This document shows positions 31,478 through 42,071 of a stretch of 64,000 nt of DNA, in pieces. Made by a program: the position numbers and the translations under genes. Within the stretch, counting starts at the first letter, position 1, and each line of letters begins with the position of its first letter. The stretch comes from Bryobacterales bacterium (lineage in GTDB: Bacteria > Acidobacteriota > Terriglobia > Bryobacterales > UBA6623), in the NCBI GenBank assembly GCA_963422375.2, contig OY729428.2, positions 1,536,001 through 1,600,000 on the forward strand. The letters are read 5' to 3'. The notes under the pieces were generated by a model that was given only the letters and a program-made list of their open reading frames with translations, was not told the origin of the DNA and did no database searches.

Positions 31478-32611
31478 TCAGGGCTGGACAGGTCGCTCGG
31501 CTTCTTCGTTCTTGAGAAGGTCTTTCTGTTCGGGATCTGTGTCCGTTCCTAGCTCGCCGGTTTGCACGGCCTCTACGGCTGGCGGGTCTACCCGCCCGGC
31601 TTCATCACGCGAACCACTGAATGCCGCAGATGCGAGCAATGCCACGATTATGGCAAAGAGTGCGAGCACAACGCCAAACATCCAGCGTGTGCTCCTGACT
31701 TCTGAACGCACGGCCCCCATCGTCGCAAGCATCTCCTTTTGGTAGAGCTTCCACTCCTTATCCTGCGCATCAAACCTTTCTCGAGTCGCCTTTTCCAAGC
31801 TCTCGAACCCGGCTCGTGTGGATTGCTCCAACTTGACCTGCGCCTCGCGGAGCCCCTGCATCTCCCGCTCCTGCGCTTCGAATCTGGCCTGCGTTACCGC
31901 TTCCAGCTTTTCGAACTTGGCCTGCGTCTTTTCTTCCAGCCTTTCGAACCCATCTTGAGTCGCCTTCTCCTGCGCCTCGAACCTGGCTTGCGTCTTCTCT
32001 TCCAGCCTATCGAACCTATCTTGAGTCGCCTTCTCCTGCGCCTCGAACCTGGCTTGCGTCTTCTCTTCCAGCGCCTCGAACCTATCTTCGGTCGCCTTCT
32101 CCTGCGTCTCGAACCTAGCCCGCGTCTTCTCTTCCAGCGCTTCGAACCCAGCTTGGGTGGATTGCTCCAACTTGACCTGCGCCTCGCGAAGCCCCCGCAT
32201 CTCCTGCCCTTGGGCCTCGAATTTAGCTTCCGTCACCCTCTCTTGGGATCTGAATCCGGCGCTCGTCTCCGACCGCCAAGCTTCGAGCAAGCTCCTGAGC
32301 TCTCTGTACTGAGAGTCTTGGCGCAGGCTCAGCGCATTGATCAATCCACGGGTCTCCGACTGCCACCCTTCCAGTAACGTGGTCAGATTCCTGTACTGGT
32401 CGGCCTGCTCTTGGAGTCTGTCTTCGACGGCAGAGATCCGGCCAATCAGCCGACCTTCAAGCTTGCTGGTCTTGTTGTCGACAATTCTCCCGAAGACCGC
32501 TTCCAAGTCCCGCTCCTCGTGAGGTTCTTGGTCCGCGGGAGAGTCGTCCACGAGATATGGCTGCTGCAGTGCGACTCTCTCGTCATCGGGAGGCTCGAGC
32601 ATCTCTTTCAC
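31478..32611 (-). CDS. Coiled-coil protein with 11-aa tandem repeats and a C-terminal TM anchor
   Basis: Alternating EEKTQARFEAQ / EKATQDRFxxL units; TM segment WMFGVVLALFAIIVALLASAAF. Confidence 0.75.
   Translation of the reverse strand: MKEMLEPPDDERVALQQPYLVDDSPADQEPHEERDLEAVFGRIVDNKTSKLEGRLIGRISAVEDRLQEQADQYRNLTTLLEGWQSETRGLINALSLRQDSQYRELRSLLEAWRSETSAGFRSQERVTEAKFEAQGQEMRGLREAQVKLEQSTQAGFEALEEKTRARFETQEKATEDRFEALEEKTQARFEAQEKATQDRFDRLEEKTQARFEAQEKATQDGFERLEEKTQAKFEKLEAVTQARFEAQEREMQGLREAQVKLEQSTRAGFESLEKATRERFDAQDKEWKLYQKEMLATMGAVRSEVRSTRWMFGVVLALFAIIVALLASAAFSGSRDEAGRVDPPAVEAVQTGELGTDTDPEQKDLLKNEEAERPVQP
31770..32230. repeat. Coding tandem repeat with 33/66-bp period
   Basis: Recurrent tcgaacctggcttgcgtcttctcttccagc and gtcgccttctcctgcg units; boundaries approximate. 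Confidence 0.85.
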
Positions 32612-32935
32612 AGTCTATCTCATCGTAACACATTAGAGTCGCGCACTTGGCGTGAGACCGGTCCTGACGCTTCTCGCCGCCGCTCAGCCGAATGGACCGG
32701 TGTACCGAGAGCGTGCCCTGCGGTGCGCCATGCAGGCGGCGCGCTGTCTTACGGGCCGTTGTCCGAAGCTAGACGTCCGCCGCGCCACGCCGGTCTTCGT
32801 CGGGCGGACTCAGCCGGCATTCTTGGATGGAGACCGACCGCTGCGGGGCGAAAAAAGGTCCGATCGTTGTGGCATCAGGAATCCGCGCCCTATTAGAGTT
32901 CCGGGCCAGGGACGAAGGGAGGGGCCATAGTGATT

Positions 32936-33979
32936 CCTGATTACCCACAAGACTCAGCCAAGGTTAGGAGGCGGAAAGGCCTGGGCGGGGTGCGCACGGA
33001 GGCGTGGAGCAGGCGGGGGACCAGCGCCTCCAGGTGGTAGCGGCGGTTGAAGCGGTAGCGGAACTCGGCGAGGTAGCGCGGCAGGTGCTTGCCGTCGAGC
33101 GCATGGCAGGTTCCCGCCAGGGACTGCTTGACGTTCGCCGGCATCGTGTTGACCCGGAAGAAGCGGGAATCCCCGCAGCTCCGCTGCCCGCCTCCGGTGA
33201 CGGTCGGCACGTGCTCGCAGCCGGCGCCGGCCACGCCCCGGAAGCAGGCCGGGCCGTCGGAATGCACCTCCGTGCCGGGCTGCAAGTGCCGCCCGGCCCA
33301 CGCTGCCAGCGTCTTCTTGCGCAAGCCCGCCACGCTGCTCATGCGCATCCTTGCCGGCTGGCCGTCGGCGCTGACCTGCACGGCGGCGACGAACGGCGTC
33401 TTGCCCGCCGCGCCGCGACCGCGCTTGCCGCCGGTCCGCTCCCCGCCCCAGCAGGCGTCGTCCACCTGCACGATGCCGCCCGGCGGCACGCGCTCGTCGC
33501 GCTCCTTCATCACTTGCAAGAGCTTGTGCTTCACCTTCCAGGCCGTGTTCCGGCTGACCCCCAGCTGCCGCGCCAGTTCCAGCGACGAAACGCCGTGCTG
33601 GCCCTGCGTCAGCAGGTGGAGCGCCAGGAACCAGACGGTCAGCGGCAGCTGGGTGGCGGCGAAGATCGTGCCGGCGACGAGGGAGGTCTGGCGGTGGCAG
33701 GCATGACACTGCCAGAGCTTGCGGGAGCGGATGCGGCAGTGCCGTCAGGAGCCGCACTCCGGGCAGCGGAAGCCGTTCGTCCGCCGTCCGGCCAGCGGGC
33801 GTTGAAGACGGCGTGCTTGCATTGCCCCTCGCTGCCGTAGCGCTGCAGGAACTTGCCCAGGCTGAGTCCCTTCTGGAATTGCACGCGATTGCGTTTCATC
33901 TGCTAGCCCCTTTCCTGTCAGAGATTTCCGACCTCCTCCAGTATAGCATATCCTCGGCTGACGTTCGTTGGTAATCAGG
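32936..33979 (-). mobile_element. IS1595-family element copy A (transposase frameshifted)
   Basis: Terminal IR CCTGATTACC/GGTAATCAGG; 8-bp TSD TAGTGATT (32928-32935, 33980-33987); transposase 33899-32941 with CPECG, VQVDDA, HSDG, RYLAEF; 11-bp insertion at 33772-33782. Confidence 0.95.
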
Positions 33980-34187
33980 TAGTGATTTGCAATCGACCTA
34001 TGAACATTCGGATTCGTTACCGCCGTGTAGAGCGACATTTCGAGGACTGTCTCTTCGCGGCCACCCTTCGAGGACGAGACTGCCAATGGCACGTGAATTA
34101 GTGGCTGCGATGCAGAGTCAGCCTGAGGCCACGCCACGGGAAATCCTTCGCGGCAGCGTGCCAATAACCTCCCTCGCTAGAGCGGGC

Positions 34188-35666
34188 TCACTCCTCGTTG
34201 TGCCACTCGATCTGGGGCAAATTCGTCGTGGGAGGGGTAGGCCAATGGTGGCCTCGCTGGCTGGAAAGGCCCTTGTTCGGTCCCGGACGGAACTCGCGAG
34301 CGGGTAGGCCCACGAGCTGTCCGTCGCGGACCCATTCCTCGTCTCCGCCGTAGAGCTGGCCAACTAGGAGCTCCGTCAGTCCTTGCAGCATTTCGTGGAA
34401 TTCTGCGCGACCTGACAGTTCTTGGATTTCGAGCGGGTCGCTCTCCACGTCGAAGAGCTGGGTCACGTTCCCTGCCGGGTAGTAAATCAGTTTGAAACGC
34501 CCTTGACGAAGCATCCGCGTTGCGTGGCGGCCCTCGCCGACCTCGCCGTACAGCCAATCGCGCTTGCGTTCCCCGACCATGGAATGGCCCTCGACGCTGG
34601 CGGGGATCTCGATCCCAGCGAGGTCCAGCAAGGTCGGCATCACGTCCTGCCACGCGACGATGCGGTTTGCGATGCGACGATGCCCTACGCGAGGGTCTCC
34701 GGAAGCGCCGACCAAGATCAGGGGAATGTTCGCGGACGGCTCGTAGAACAGCCTCTTGGCCCAGAGCCCGTGTCGTCCGAGCATGTCCCCGTGGTCCGAA
34801 GTGAAGCAGATGACGGTGTTGTCGAGCAGATTCTCTTCGCGGAGTGTCCCGATCACCACCCGTAACTGGTGATCGATGTGGGTGCAGAGCGCGTAGAACG
34901 CGCCCATCGCGTCTCGAATCTGTCTCGCCCCTAGGTGAGCGCTTCGTCCTCTCACGGTCTGCAGGAGATAGGGCAACCCCTCTCGGCACCACCCGCCCTG
35001 CACGGGCCAGCGCAGCTCCTCGTGCCGGTACATGGCCCAGTAGGGCTCGAGAGGAACGAGGGGAGGGTGGGGGTGGCGGAAGGAGAGGTACCAGAATGCC
35101 GGCCTCTGAGGGTCGCGGCGCTTGATAGTTCGCACCATCTGCTGCGCCGCCCAGTTCGTCGCGTGCAGATCCTCGGAAAGGTGCCACGGTCGAACGGCAT
35201 AGTCGTTGTTGCTCATGCCGTGGTCGAACTGTTGGCCCACCCAGCCCCGGTCGCCTAGGAACGCTTCGTAATCGTCGATCACCCCGTACTGAGTCCGACC
35301 CTCCTCGTCGAGGATTACGTCGTCGAAGCCAACCCGGTTGCGCTGAGGGTATACGTGCAGCTTGCCTACAGCGTAGGCCTGATATCCCGCATCCCGAAAG
35401 GTCTGCGCCATGGTGGGCAGGGCGGGCATCGGCTTTGTCTCGCCGAAATCGCGGTCCCCGTGAGTTCGCGGGCTCGCTCCGGTCATGAGCGTCCGCCGCG
35501 CCGGGATACAGACGGGACATTCGGCATAGGCATTCCGGAATCGCACTCCGCTGCGGGCCAGTTCGTCCAATGTTGGTGTCAGGATGTCGGGATGACCGGC
35601 CTCGCCAAGCAGGTCGGCGGGCCAGTGATCGGTGGAAACCAGCAGGACGTTAGGGCGCATGGCCAT
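34188..35666 (-). CDS. Sulfatase (formylglycine-dependent)
   Basis: RPNVLLVSTD, CIPAR..LMTG (CxPxR), GKLH, FTSDHG. Confidence 0.92.
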   Translation of the reverse strand: MAMRPNVLLVSTDHWPADLLGEAGHPDILTPTLDELARSGVRFRNAYAECPVCIPARRTLMTGASPRTHGDRDFGETKPMPALPTMAQTFRDAGYQAYAVGKLHVYPQRNRVGFDDVILDEEGRTQYGVIDDYEAFLGDRGWVGQQFDHGMSNNDYAVRPWHLSEDLHATNWAAQQMVRTIKRRDPQRPAFWYLSFRHPHPPLVPLEPYWAMYRHEELRWPVQGGWCREGLPYLLQTVRGRSAHLGARQIRDAMGAFYALCTHIDHQLRVVIGTLREENLLDNTVICFTSDHGDMLGRHGLWAKRLFYEPSANIPLILVGASGDPRVGHRRIANRIVAWQDVMPTLLDLAGIEIPASVEGHSMVGERKRDWLYGEVGEGRHATRMLRQGRFKLIYYPAGNVTQLFDVESDPLEIQELSGRAEFHEMLQGLTELLVGQLYGGDEEWVRDGQLVGLPAREFRPGPNKGLSSQRGHHWPTPPTTNLPQIEWHNEE

Positions 35667-35726
35667 GGTCGGACCGTTCGACTTCGTTCGTGGCGCCGGG
35701 TTACCTACAGGGCGTTCCCCCGGGGC

Positions 35727-35821
35727 TGGCGGAAGCTAGTGGGAGTCGAACCCACCCTTGGCGCGGAGCACCAAACAACGGTTTTGAAGACCGGGCCCGA
35801 CACCGGCCGGGATTAGCTTCC
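35727..35821 (-). tRNA. selC: tRNA-Sec (anticodon UCA)
   Basis: 8-bp acceptor stem GGAAGCUA/UAGCUUCC, G discriminator plus CCA, 6-bp D stem, CU-UCA-AA loop, long variable arm UUGGUGC/GCGCCAA, 5-bp T stem GUGGG-UUCGACU-CCCAC. Confidence 0.93.
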
Positions 35822-35852
35822 GTTGCCCGATTCTACCAGCAGATTGGCGCGG

Positions 35853-36914
35853 TCATGCGACGTGCGCGCCTTGGGCCTCGACATAGGCGGCATACAGGCT
35901 CTGGCTTGCCGTCATGAACAGACGGTTTCTCTTGGCGCCGCCGAAGCAGACGTTGGAGCAGATTTCCGGGAGCCTGATCAAGCCGATCCGAGCGCCGTCC
36001 GGGGCGAAGACATGCACGCCGTCGTAGCCGTCCCCTACCCATCCGGCCGAGGACCAGATGTTGCCGTCGGTGTCGCACCGAATGCCGTCGGCTTGGCCTG
36101 CCTGTTCGAATCCGTCCATGCGCATGGACGCGAAGCTCCGGCCCTTGCGAAGAGTGCCGCCGCCTTCCACGTCCCAGACCTTGATCTGGCGCTCGGCCTC
36201 CGGGTAGTGCGAGGCGCCGGTGTCGGCCACGTACAGCAGCTTGTAGTCGGGCGAGAAGCATAGACCATTGGGCTTGTAGATGTCGTCTGCGACGAGATCC
36301 ATCTTGCCGGTGGCTCCGTCAATGCGGTAGACGGCCTCCTTGACTTCCAGAGGCCCCTTGTTGCCCTCGTAGTGCATCAGGCTACCGTAGCCCGGGTCGG
36401 TGAACCAGATGTTCCCCTCGGGGTCGACAACGACGTCGTTCGGGGCGTTCAGGGGCTTGCCCTGCCACCGGTCTGCCAGCACGGTCACCGTTCCGTCGTG
36501 CTCGTAGCGCACCACGCGGCGATTGCCGTGCTCGCAGGAGAGCTGCCGGCCCGACCAGTCGAACGTGTTGCCGTTCGAGTTACCGGAGGGATTCCGGAAG
36601 ACGCTGACGTGTCCGTCCTCGTCCAGCCAGCGCATCTGCACGTTGTTCGGGATGTCGGAATAGACCAGATACCGTCCGACAGCGTTCCAAGCGGGGCCCT
36701 CCGCCCAGAGGGTGCCGACATGCAGCCTCTGGATGGGCGTGTTTCCGAGCTTGTACTTGTCGAAGCGCTGGTCCAGCGAAACGATGTCGGGATCGGGATA
36801 CCGCGTCGGGCTGGCGTTGGTCCAGTCGCGCTGCGCCAGCGCTTGGACGGAAGCCGCAGCCACGCCCGCGACCGAAGTCACGAAAGTGCGACGATTGATG
36901 GGATGCGATGCCAT
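35853..36914 (-). CDS. SMP-30/gluconolactonase family protein (Tat signal)
   Basis: NRRTFV signal, WAEGPAW, LNAPNDVV, PNGLCFSPD, ADGIRCD. Confidence 0.92.
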   Translation of the reverse strand: MASHPINRRTFVTSVAGVAAASVQALAQRDWTNASPTRYPDPDIVSLDQRFDKYKLGNTPIQRLHVGTLWAEGPAWNAVGRYLVYSDIPNNVQMRWLDEDGHVSVFRNPSGNSNGNTFDWSGRQLSCEHGNRRVVRYEHDGTVTVLADRWQGKPLNAPNDVVVDPEGNIWFTDPGYGSLMHYEGNKGPLEVKEAVYRIDGATGKMDLVADDIYKPNGLCFSPDYKLLYVADTGASHYPEAERQIKVWDVEGGGTLRKGRSFASMRMDGFEQAGQADGIRCDTDGNIWSSAGWVGDGYDGVHVFAPDGARIGLIRLPEICSNVCFGGAKRNRLFMTASQSLYAAYVEAQGAHVA

Positions 36915-37558
36915 TGCAATGCAACTGTACCAGATCGAACGTCTTGACGGCGAAGTACGCAAACCCGGTTGGTACAAGCGGGCGGGATCCAGCATGCCGG
37001 ACAGGCCAGGCTAGCCACGCCTTCGATGCCGGCCCCGGACAAACCAGCCGAGCACATCTCAGGGGACGGAGAAAGCCGCGATCGGAATCAGCCCGGCGTC
37101 GACTGGACCAGACCTCCGACGCCCGTGGTGTTCAACGCATTCCAAACCTCGTCACCGTACAGCATACGAATCAAATCGGCTGCGCATGTTGCACCAAGGG
37201 AGACCCTGCTGGTCCGACCGCAAGAATGACTTGCCAACTCTAGGCGAACCCTCGGCGGACGCATTTCGTCTTGGAGAAGGAAGATTCCGAATCGGGTTTA
37301 CCAAGGACCGACATTGATTGGCCGGATAACCGGTGGCACGACGGGACGACTAATTACGAAATATCGAGTTTCACACAATTCTTGAGAGCCTTAAAGAAGC
37401 CGGAATGTCACTTGAATCTGCGCTGCGACGCGAACTGCTCGACCATCCTTCATGCCTGGTGCGAACTTCCATTGCTTGATGGCTTCAATTGCCTTTTCGT
37501 CTAGACCGTGGCCCAAGGTGCGTAGTACACGGATGTTGTGAGCCTTTCCGTCTTCCCA

Positions 37559-38972
37559 CGCCCATGCAACTCCGAAGTGCGACACGCGCCGAGCCACAAG
37601 ATGGCAGGGAGGGGAGAGGGGGGGCAGCGAGCGGTGGTGTGGCGGCAGTAGGCTGGTAGGTGCTGGAAGGAGCAGGGAGGCGGATGCGGAAGAGCTACAC
37701 GCACGTGAGGCAGGAGGAGCGCTGCCGGAGCGAGACGCTGCGGGCGGCGGGCTGGGGAGCGGACAGGATCGCCGGGCAGCCGGGCCGCAAGCGGGCCACG
37801 ATCTACCGGGAAGTGGGCCGCAACGGCCGACCGGCGGAGGGCGAGCGCGCGGCGAGCTACAGCTTGGGGAGCGCGCAGGAGCGCGCGGAGCGGCGGCGGA
37901 GCGGCGGCGGCGCGCGGCGTCGTGCCGGCCGCGCCAGCTGACGTCGGCGCTGCGGACGCGGAGCGAGGACTGCCTGCGGCAGGACTGGAGCCCGGAGCAG
38001 GTCGCGGCGCGGCTGCAGCGGGAAGGGGCGCTGGAGATCAGCCCTGAACGGATCTACCAGCTGGTGCGCGCGGAGCGGCGGCAGGGGGGCCGGCTGTACC
38101 GGCACCCGAGGCAGGGCGGCCGCAAGCGCGTGCGGCGGGTCGGCCGGACGGCGGGCCGCGGCCTGATCCCGGGGCGCGCGGACATCGCGGAGCGCCCGGC
38201 GGAGGCGCGAGCGCAGGCGCGCGTCGGAGAGCGGGAGGTCGACACCGTGATCGGCGGGCAGCGCCGCGGGGCGCTGGTGACGCTGGTGGACCGGTTCTCC
38301 AAGTACCTGCTAGTGCAGCCGGTGAGCCGGCGCACGGCGCAGCTGGTCGGGGCGGCGATGACGGCCATGCTCGCAGGGAGCGGGGCCGTGACGCACACGC
38401 TCACGGCCGACAACGGCAAGGAGTTCGCGGCAAGGAGTTCGCGGCAAGGAGTTCGCGGCAAGGAGTTCGCGGGGCACCGGGAGGCACCGGGAGGTGGCGC
38501 AGCGGCTGGGGGCGGGCTTCTACTTCGCGCGGCCCTGCCACTCCTGGGAGCGCGGGCTGAACGAGCCTGCCAACGGGCTGCCGCGGCAGTACTGCCCGCA
38601 GGGGACGGACCTGCGGCGGGTGGACCCGGCCCGGGTGCGGGAGGCGCGGGACCGCCTGAACCGGCGTCCGCGGAAGGTGCCGGGCGGGCGCACGCCGGAG
38701 GAAGTCTTCCCGGCGGAGCGGGAGCGGGTGCCGCGGGGCTGAGGCAGGGCTGGCAGCCCGCCGCGGGGACAGGGGCGCGGGGGAGCTGCGCCCGGACAGG
38801 CCCGGAGGGTCCCCGTTCCGGAAACGGGGCACGCATGCCCGCCTGCCCGGGACGCGGCCCCCGCTTCGGCCCGGCAGCGGCTTGTCCGGCGCCGCTGGAT
38901 CTGCTACTGTGGTCCTAGTATCCCAGCCCACCGCCCCTTACCCGCGTGTCGCACTTCGGAGTTGAATGGGCG
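37559..38972 (+). mobile_element. IS30-family element (transposase multiply frameshifted)
   Basis: 30-bp IR CGCCCAT(G/T)CAACTCCGAAGTGCGACACGCG with 1 mismatch; 3-bp TSD CCA; HTH TIYREVGRN, EVDTVIG, DNGKEF, SWERGLNE, LNRRPRK. Confidence 0.93.
38415..38492. repeat. Tandem repeats (GGCAAGGAGTTCGC)x4 and (GGCACCGGGA)x2 inside the IS30 transposase
   Basis: Read directly from the sequence. Confidence 0.95.
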
Positions 38973-39220
38973 CCAAATTTCAACTGCCAGCATCACCGTG
39001 CCCTGAATCTTGGCTTTGCGTGCTTGTTCGGAATACTCTGGTTCCACTTTGAACAGGAGGCGGGGACTAGTGACAGATCCGCCAATGGTATGCCCATTAG
39101 GAGGGTCTGTTACAGAATTCGTCCCGCTATCCGGTGTTTCTATAGTACCGTCATCCGGCAGGATCACCAATGTCACAAGTACCTTCGGACCGCCGTCTCG
39201 ACGAGCCACGTCATTCGAAA

Positions 39221-40735
39221 GGGAATTATATATCTGAGTGCCGAGGCAACCGATTTTGCAAATTATCAGTCCATAAATTAATTTCATATTTCTTCCGGAG
39301 ATCTGTTGACAGTTGGTGGATTATTTTGGTAGAATAGTTCCAATATATGAGGTCGTCTATGAAGCAGAAAGGTCCCGGGAAGTGGTTTCGTAAAGGCATC
39401 ACTATGATTGAAGTGATCGCCATGTTCCGCGATGACGAATCCGCGGAAAAGTGGTTCGCCTCCATGCGCTGGCCGGACGGTCCGGTATGCCCCCACTGCC
39501 GCGGCTCCAGCGTGCAGTCCGGCACGGCCCACCCTTCGATGCCGTACCGTTGCCGCGGCTGCGGCAAGCGCTTTTCGGTGCGCACCGGCAGCGTGATGGC
39601 CGACACCAAGCTCGGCTACCGCACCTGGGCCGTCGCCCTGTTCCTGCCGACCACCGGCATCAAGGGTGTCTCGAGCATGAAGCTGCACCGCGACCTAGGC
39701 ATCAGCCGGAAGTCGGCCTGGCACCTGGCGCACCGCATCCGCGCGTGCTGGGAGCGGGATCAGGGCCTGTTCGCCGGCCCGGTGGAGGTGGACGAGACCT
39801 ACGTCGGCGGCAAGGAGCGCAACAAGCACGAGAGCAAGAAGGCCCGCGCCGGGCGCGGGCCCGTCGGCAAGACGCCCGTGGCGGGGGCGCGGGACCGCGC
39901 CACGAACGCAGTGGCCGCGCGGCCGCTGCCGGGCACCGCCAAGGGCGACCTGCAGGGCTTCGTGCGCGGCCGGGTCGCGCCGGGGGCGCAGGTCCGCTCC
40001 GACGAGGCGGCGGCCTGCGCCGGCATGGAGGAGTTCTCGCACGAAGCCGTCAGGCACTCCGGCGGCGAGTACGTGCGCGGGGCGGCGCATACGAACGGCA
40101 TCGAGTCGTTTTGGTCCCTGTTCAAGCGCGGCCTGTACGGCACCTATCACCGGATGAGCGTCCGTCATCTCGGCCGCTACCTGACGGAGTTCGCGGGACG
40201 GTGCAACGACCGCGACTGCGACACGGCGGAACGGATGCGGCGCATGGCGCGGGGCCTGGTCGGCCGGACGCTGACCTGCCGGCAGCTGACCGGCAAGGCC
40301 GCGGTCGCGGCCCGAGCGGCGCCCTCCGAGCTGAGCGCCGCAGCCCGCTGCCGACGCACTCTTCACGCTCGATGCGCTTCACGCTCGGTGCGCGGGTCGC
40401 GCCGGCTCTGGAATCCCCCGGCGCGACCCGCGTCCGGCCCGGCCCGTCCATGCAGGCCGTCGAGCGCCGGGGATCCGCTGTCTTCGGCCCTCGGAGGGCA
40501 CGCAATCAGCTTGCAAGGGGCGCCCTCCACCGCCAACCGGATTCCACCAGGCATGCGAGAGGGCCTCTCTAATCCGTGCCTCGTCCATTCCGCTGGCAGG
40601 CTCGATTCAGATACGATCCCACTTTTCCGTGCCTACCGCGGCCGCATTCGAATGACCCCAGCCAGACGCCGACCTCCCTGCTCAGAGCAGTTCTCGTCGG
40701 ACATGGCGTTGTCGGCACTCAGATATATAATTCCC
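39221..40735 (+). mobile_element. IS1595-family element (second type) with ~400 bp of extra 3' sequence
   Basis: 24-bp perfect IR GGGAATTATATATCTGAGTGCCGA; 8-bp TSD ATTCGAAA; transposase from 39347 with CPHC..CRGC, VEVDETYVGG, HTNGIESFW; probable stop TGA changed to CGA at 40313. Confidence 0.95.
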
Positions 40736-41039
40736 ATTCGAAAGACCTTGGGAAAACGGAATGACAGTCAATTCACCGCTGTATGTGCCGGGAACAAGCC
40801 CAATACCACTAGCGCTAACTCCTACTGTCGAAACTCCGTCTCCCGCAATGGATTGACCTTGTGGATAGGCACGAAGCCACCCTTGGTTGGAATCAAGGTA
40901 ATAATTTGTCGATCCCTGACCCTCGTGAACTAGAGTGACTTGCTGTTGAGGTGCTTCACGCCCCAACAAGGAGACGAAGGTCAACGCTCTGGATATCACT
41001 TGGGTCACTCTTGAGGGTGGGCTAGAATCCATTCGGATA

Positions 41040-42071
41040 CCTGATTACCAACGAACGTCAGCCGAGGATATGCTATACTGAAGGAGGTCGGAAATCTCTG
41101 ATAGGAAAGGGGATAGCAGATGAAAAGCAATCGCGTGCAATTCCAGCAGGGACTCAGCCTGGGCAAGTTCCTGCAGCGCTACGGCAGCGAGGGGCCATGC
41201 GAGCACGCCGTCTTCAAGGCCCGCTGGCCGGACGGCTTCCGCTGCCCGGAGTGCGGCTCCCGGCGGCACTGCCGCATCCGCTCCCGCAAGCTCTGGCAGT
41301 GCCATGCCTGCCACCGCCGGACCTCCCTCGTCGCCGGCACGATCTTGGCCGCCACCAAGCTGCCGCTGACCGTCCGGTTCCTGGCGCTTCACCTGCTGAC
41401 GCAGGGCAAGCACGGCGTTTCGTCGCTGGAACTGGCGCGGCAGCCGGGGGTCAGCCGGAACACGGCCTGGAAGATGAAGCACAAGCTCTTGCAAGTGATG
41501 AAGGAGCGCGACGAGCGCCTGCCGCTGGGCGGCATCGTGCAGGTGGACGACGCTTACTGGGGCGGGGAGCGGACCGGCGGCAAGCGCGGTCGCGGCGCGG
41601 CGGGCAAGACGCCGTTCGTGGCCGCCGTGCAGGTCACCGCCGCCGGCCAGCCGGCAAGGATGCGCCTGAGCAGCGTGGCGGGCTTGCGCAAGAAGACGCT
41701 GGCAGCGTGGGCCGGGCGGCACTTGCAGCCCGGCACGGAGGTGCATTCCGACGGCTTGGCCTGCTTCCGGGGCGTGGCCGACGCCGGCTGCGAGCACGTG
41801 CCGGCCGTCACCGGAGGCGGGCAGCGGAGCTGCGGGGATTCCCGCTTCGTCCGGGTCAGCACGATGCTGGCGAACGTCAAGCAGTCCCTGGCGGGAACCT
41901 GCCATGCGCTCGACGGCAAGCACCTGCCGCGCTACCTCGCCGAGTTCCGCTACCGCTTCAACCGCCGCTACGATCCGGAGGCGCTGGTCCCCCGCCTGCT
42001 CCACGCCTCCGTGCGCACCCCGCCCAGGCCTTACCGCCTCCTAACCTTGGCGGAGTCTTGGGGTAATCAGG
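41040..42071 (+). mobile_element. IS1595-family element copy B (transposase 41120-42088, nearly intact)
   Basis: Same IR as copy A; 8-bp TSD TTCGGATA (41032-41039, 42072-42079); 1 bp shorter near the 3' end, so the ORF reads past the IR stop. Confidence 0.95.
41071..41079 (+). promoter_or_regulatory. Extended -10 promoter of the IS1595 transposase
   Basis: TGcTATACT about 40 nt upstream of ATG 41120; also present in copy A. Confidence 0.55.

Noticed and set aside
31770..32230. CRISPR array
   Set aside because: The repeats are contiguous, in frame and lack unique spacers; no cas genes are present
35727..35745. Genomic island integrated at selC
   Set aside because: I found no duplicated tRNA 3' end and no integrase in the window
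39347..40933. 528-aa extended transposase
   Set aside because: The related copy has TGA at the position of CGA 40313; the extension runs through the IR into antisense host DNA
32936..42071. Composite transposon or invertible segment bounded by the two inverted IS1595 copies
   Set aside because: Each copy has its own matching TSD pair, so they inserted independently and no flank exchange is seen
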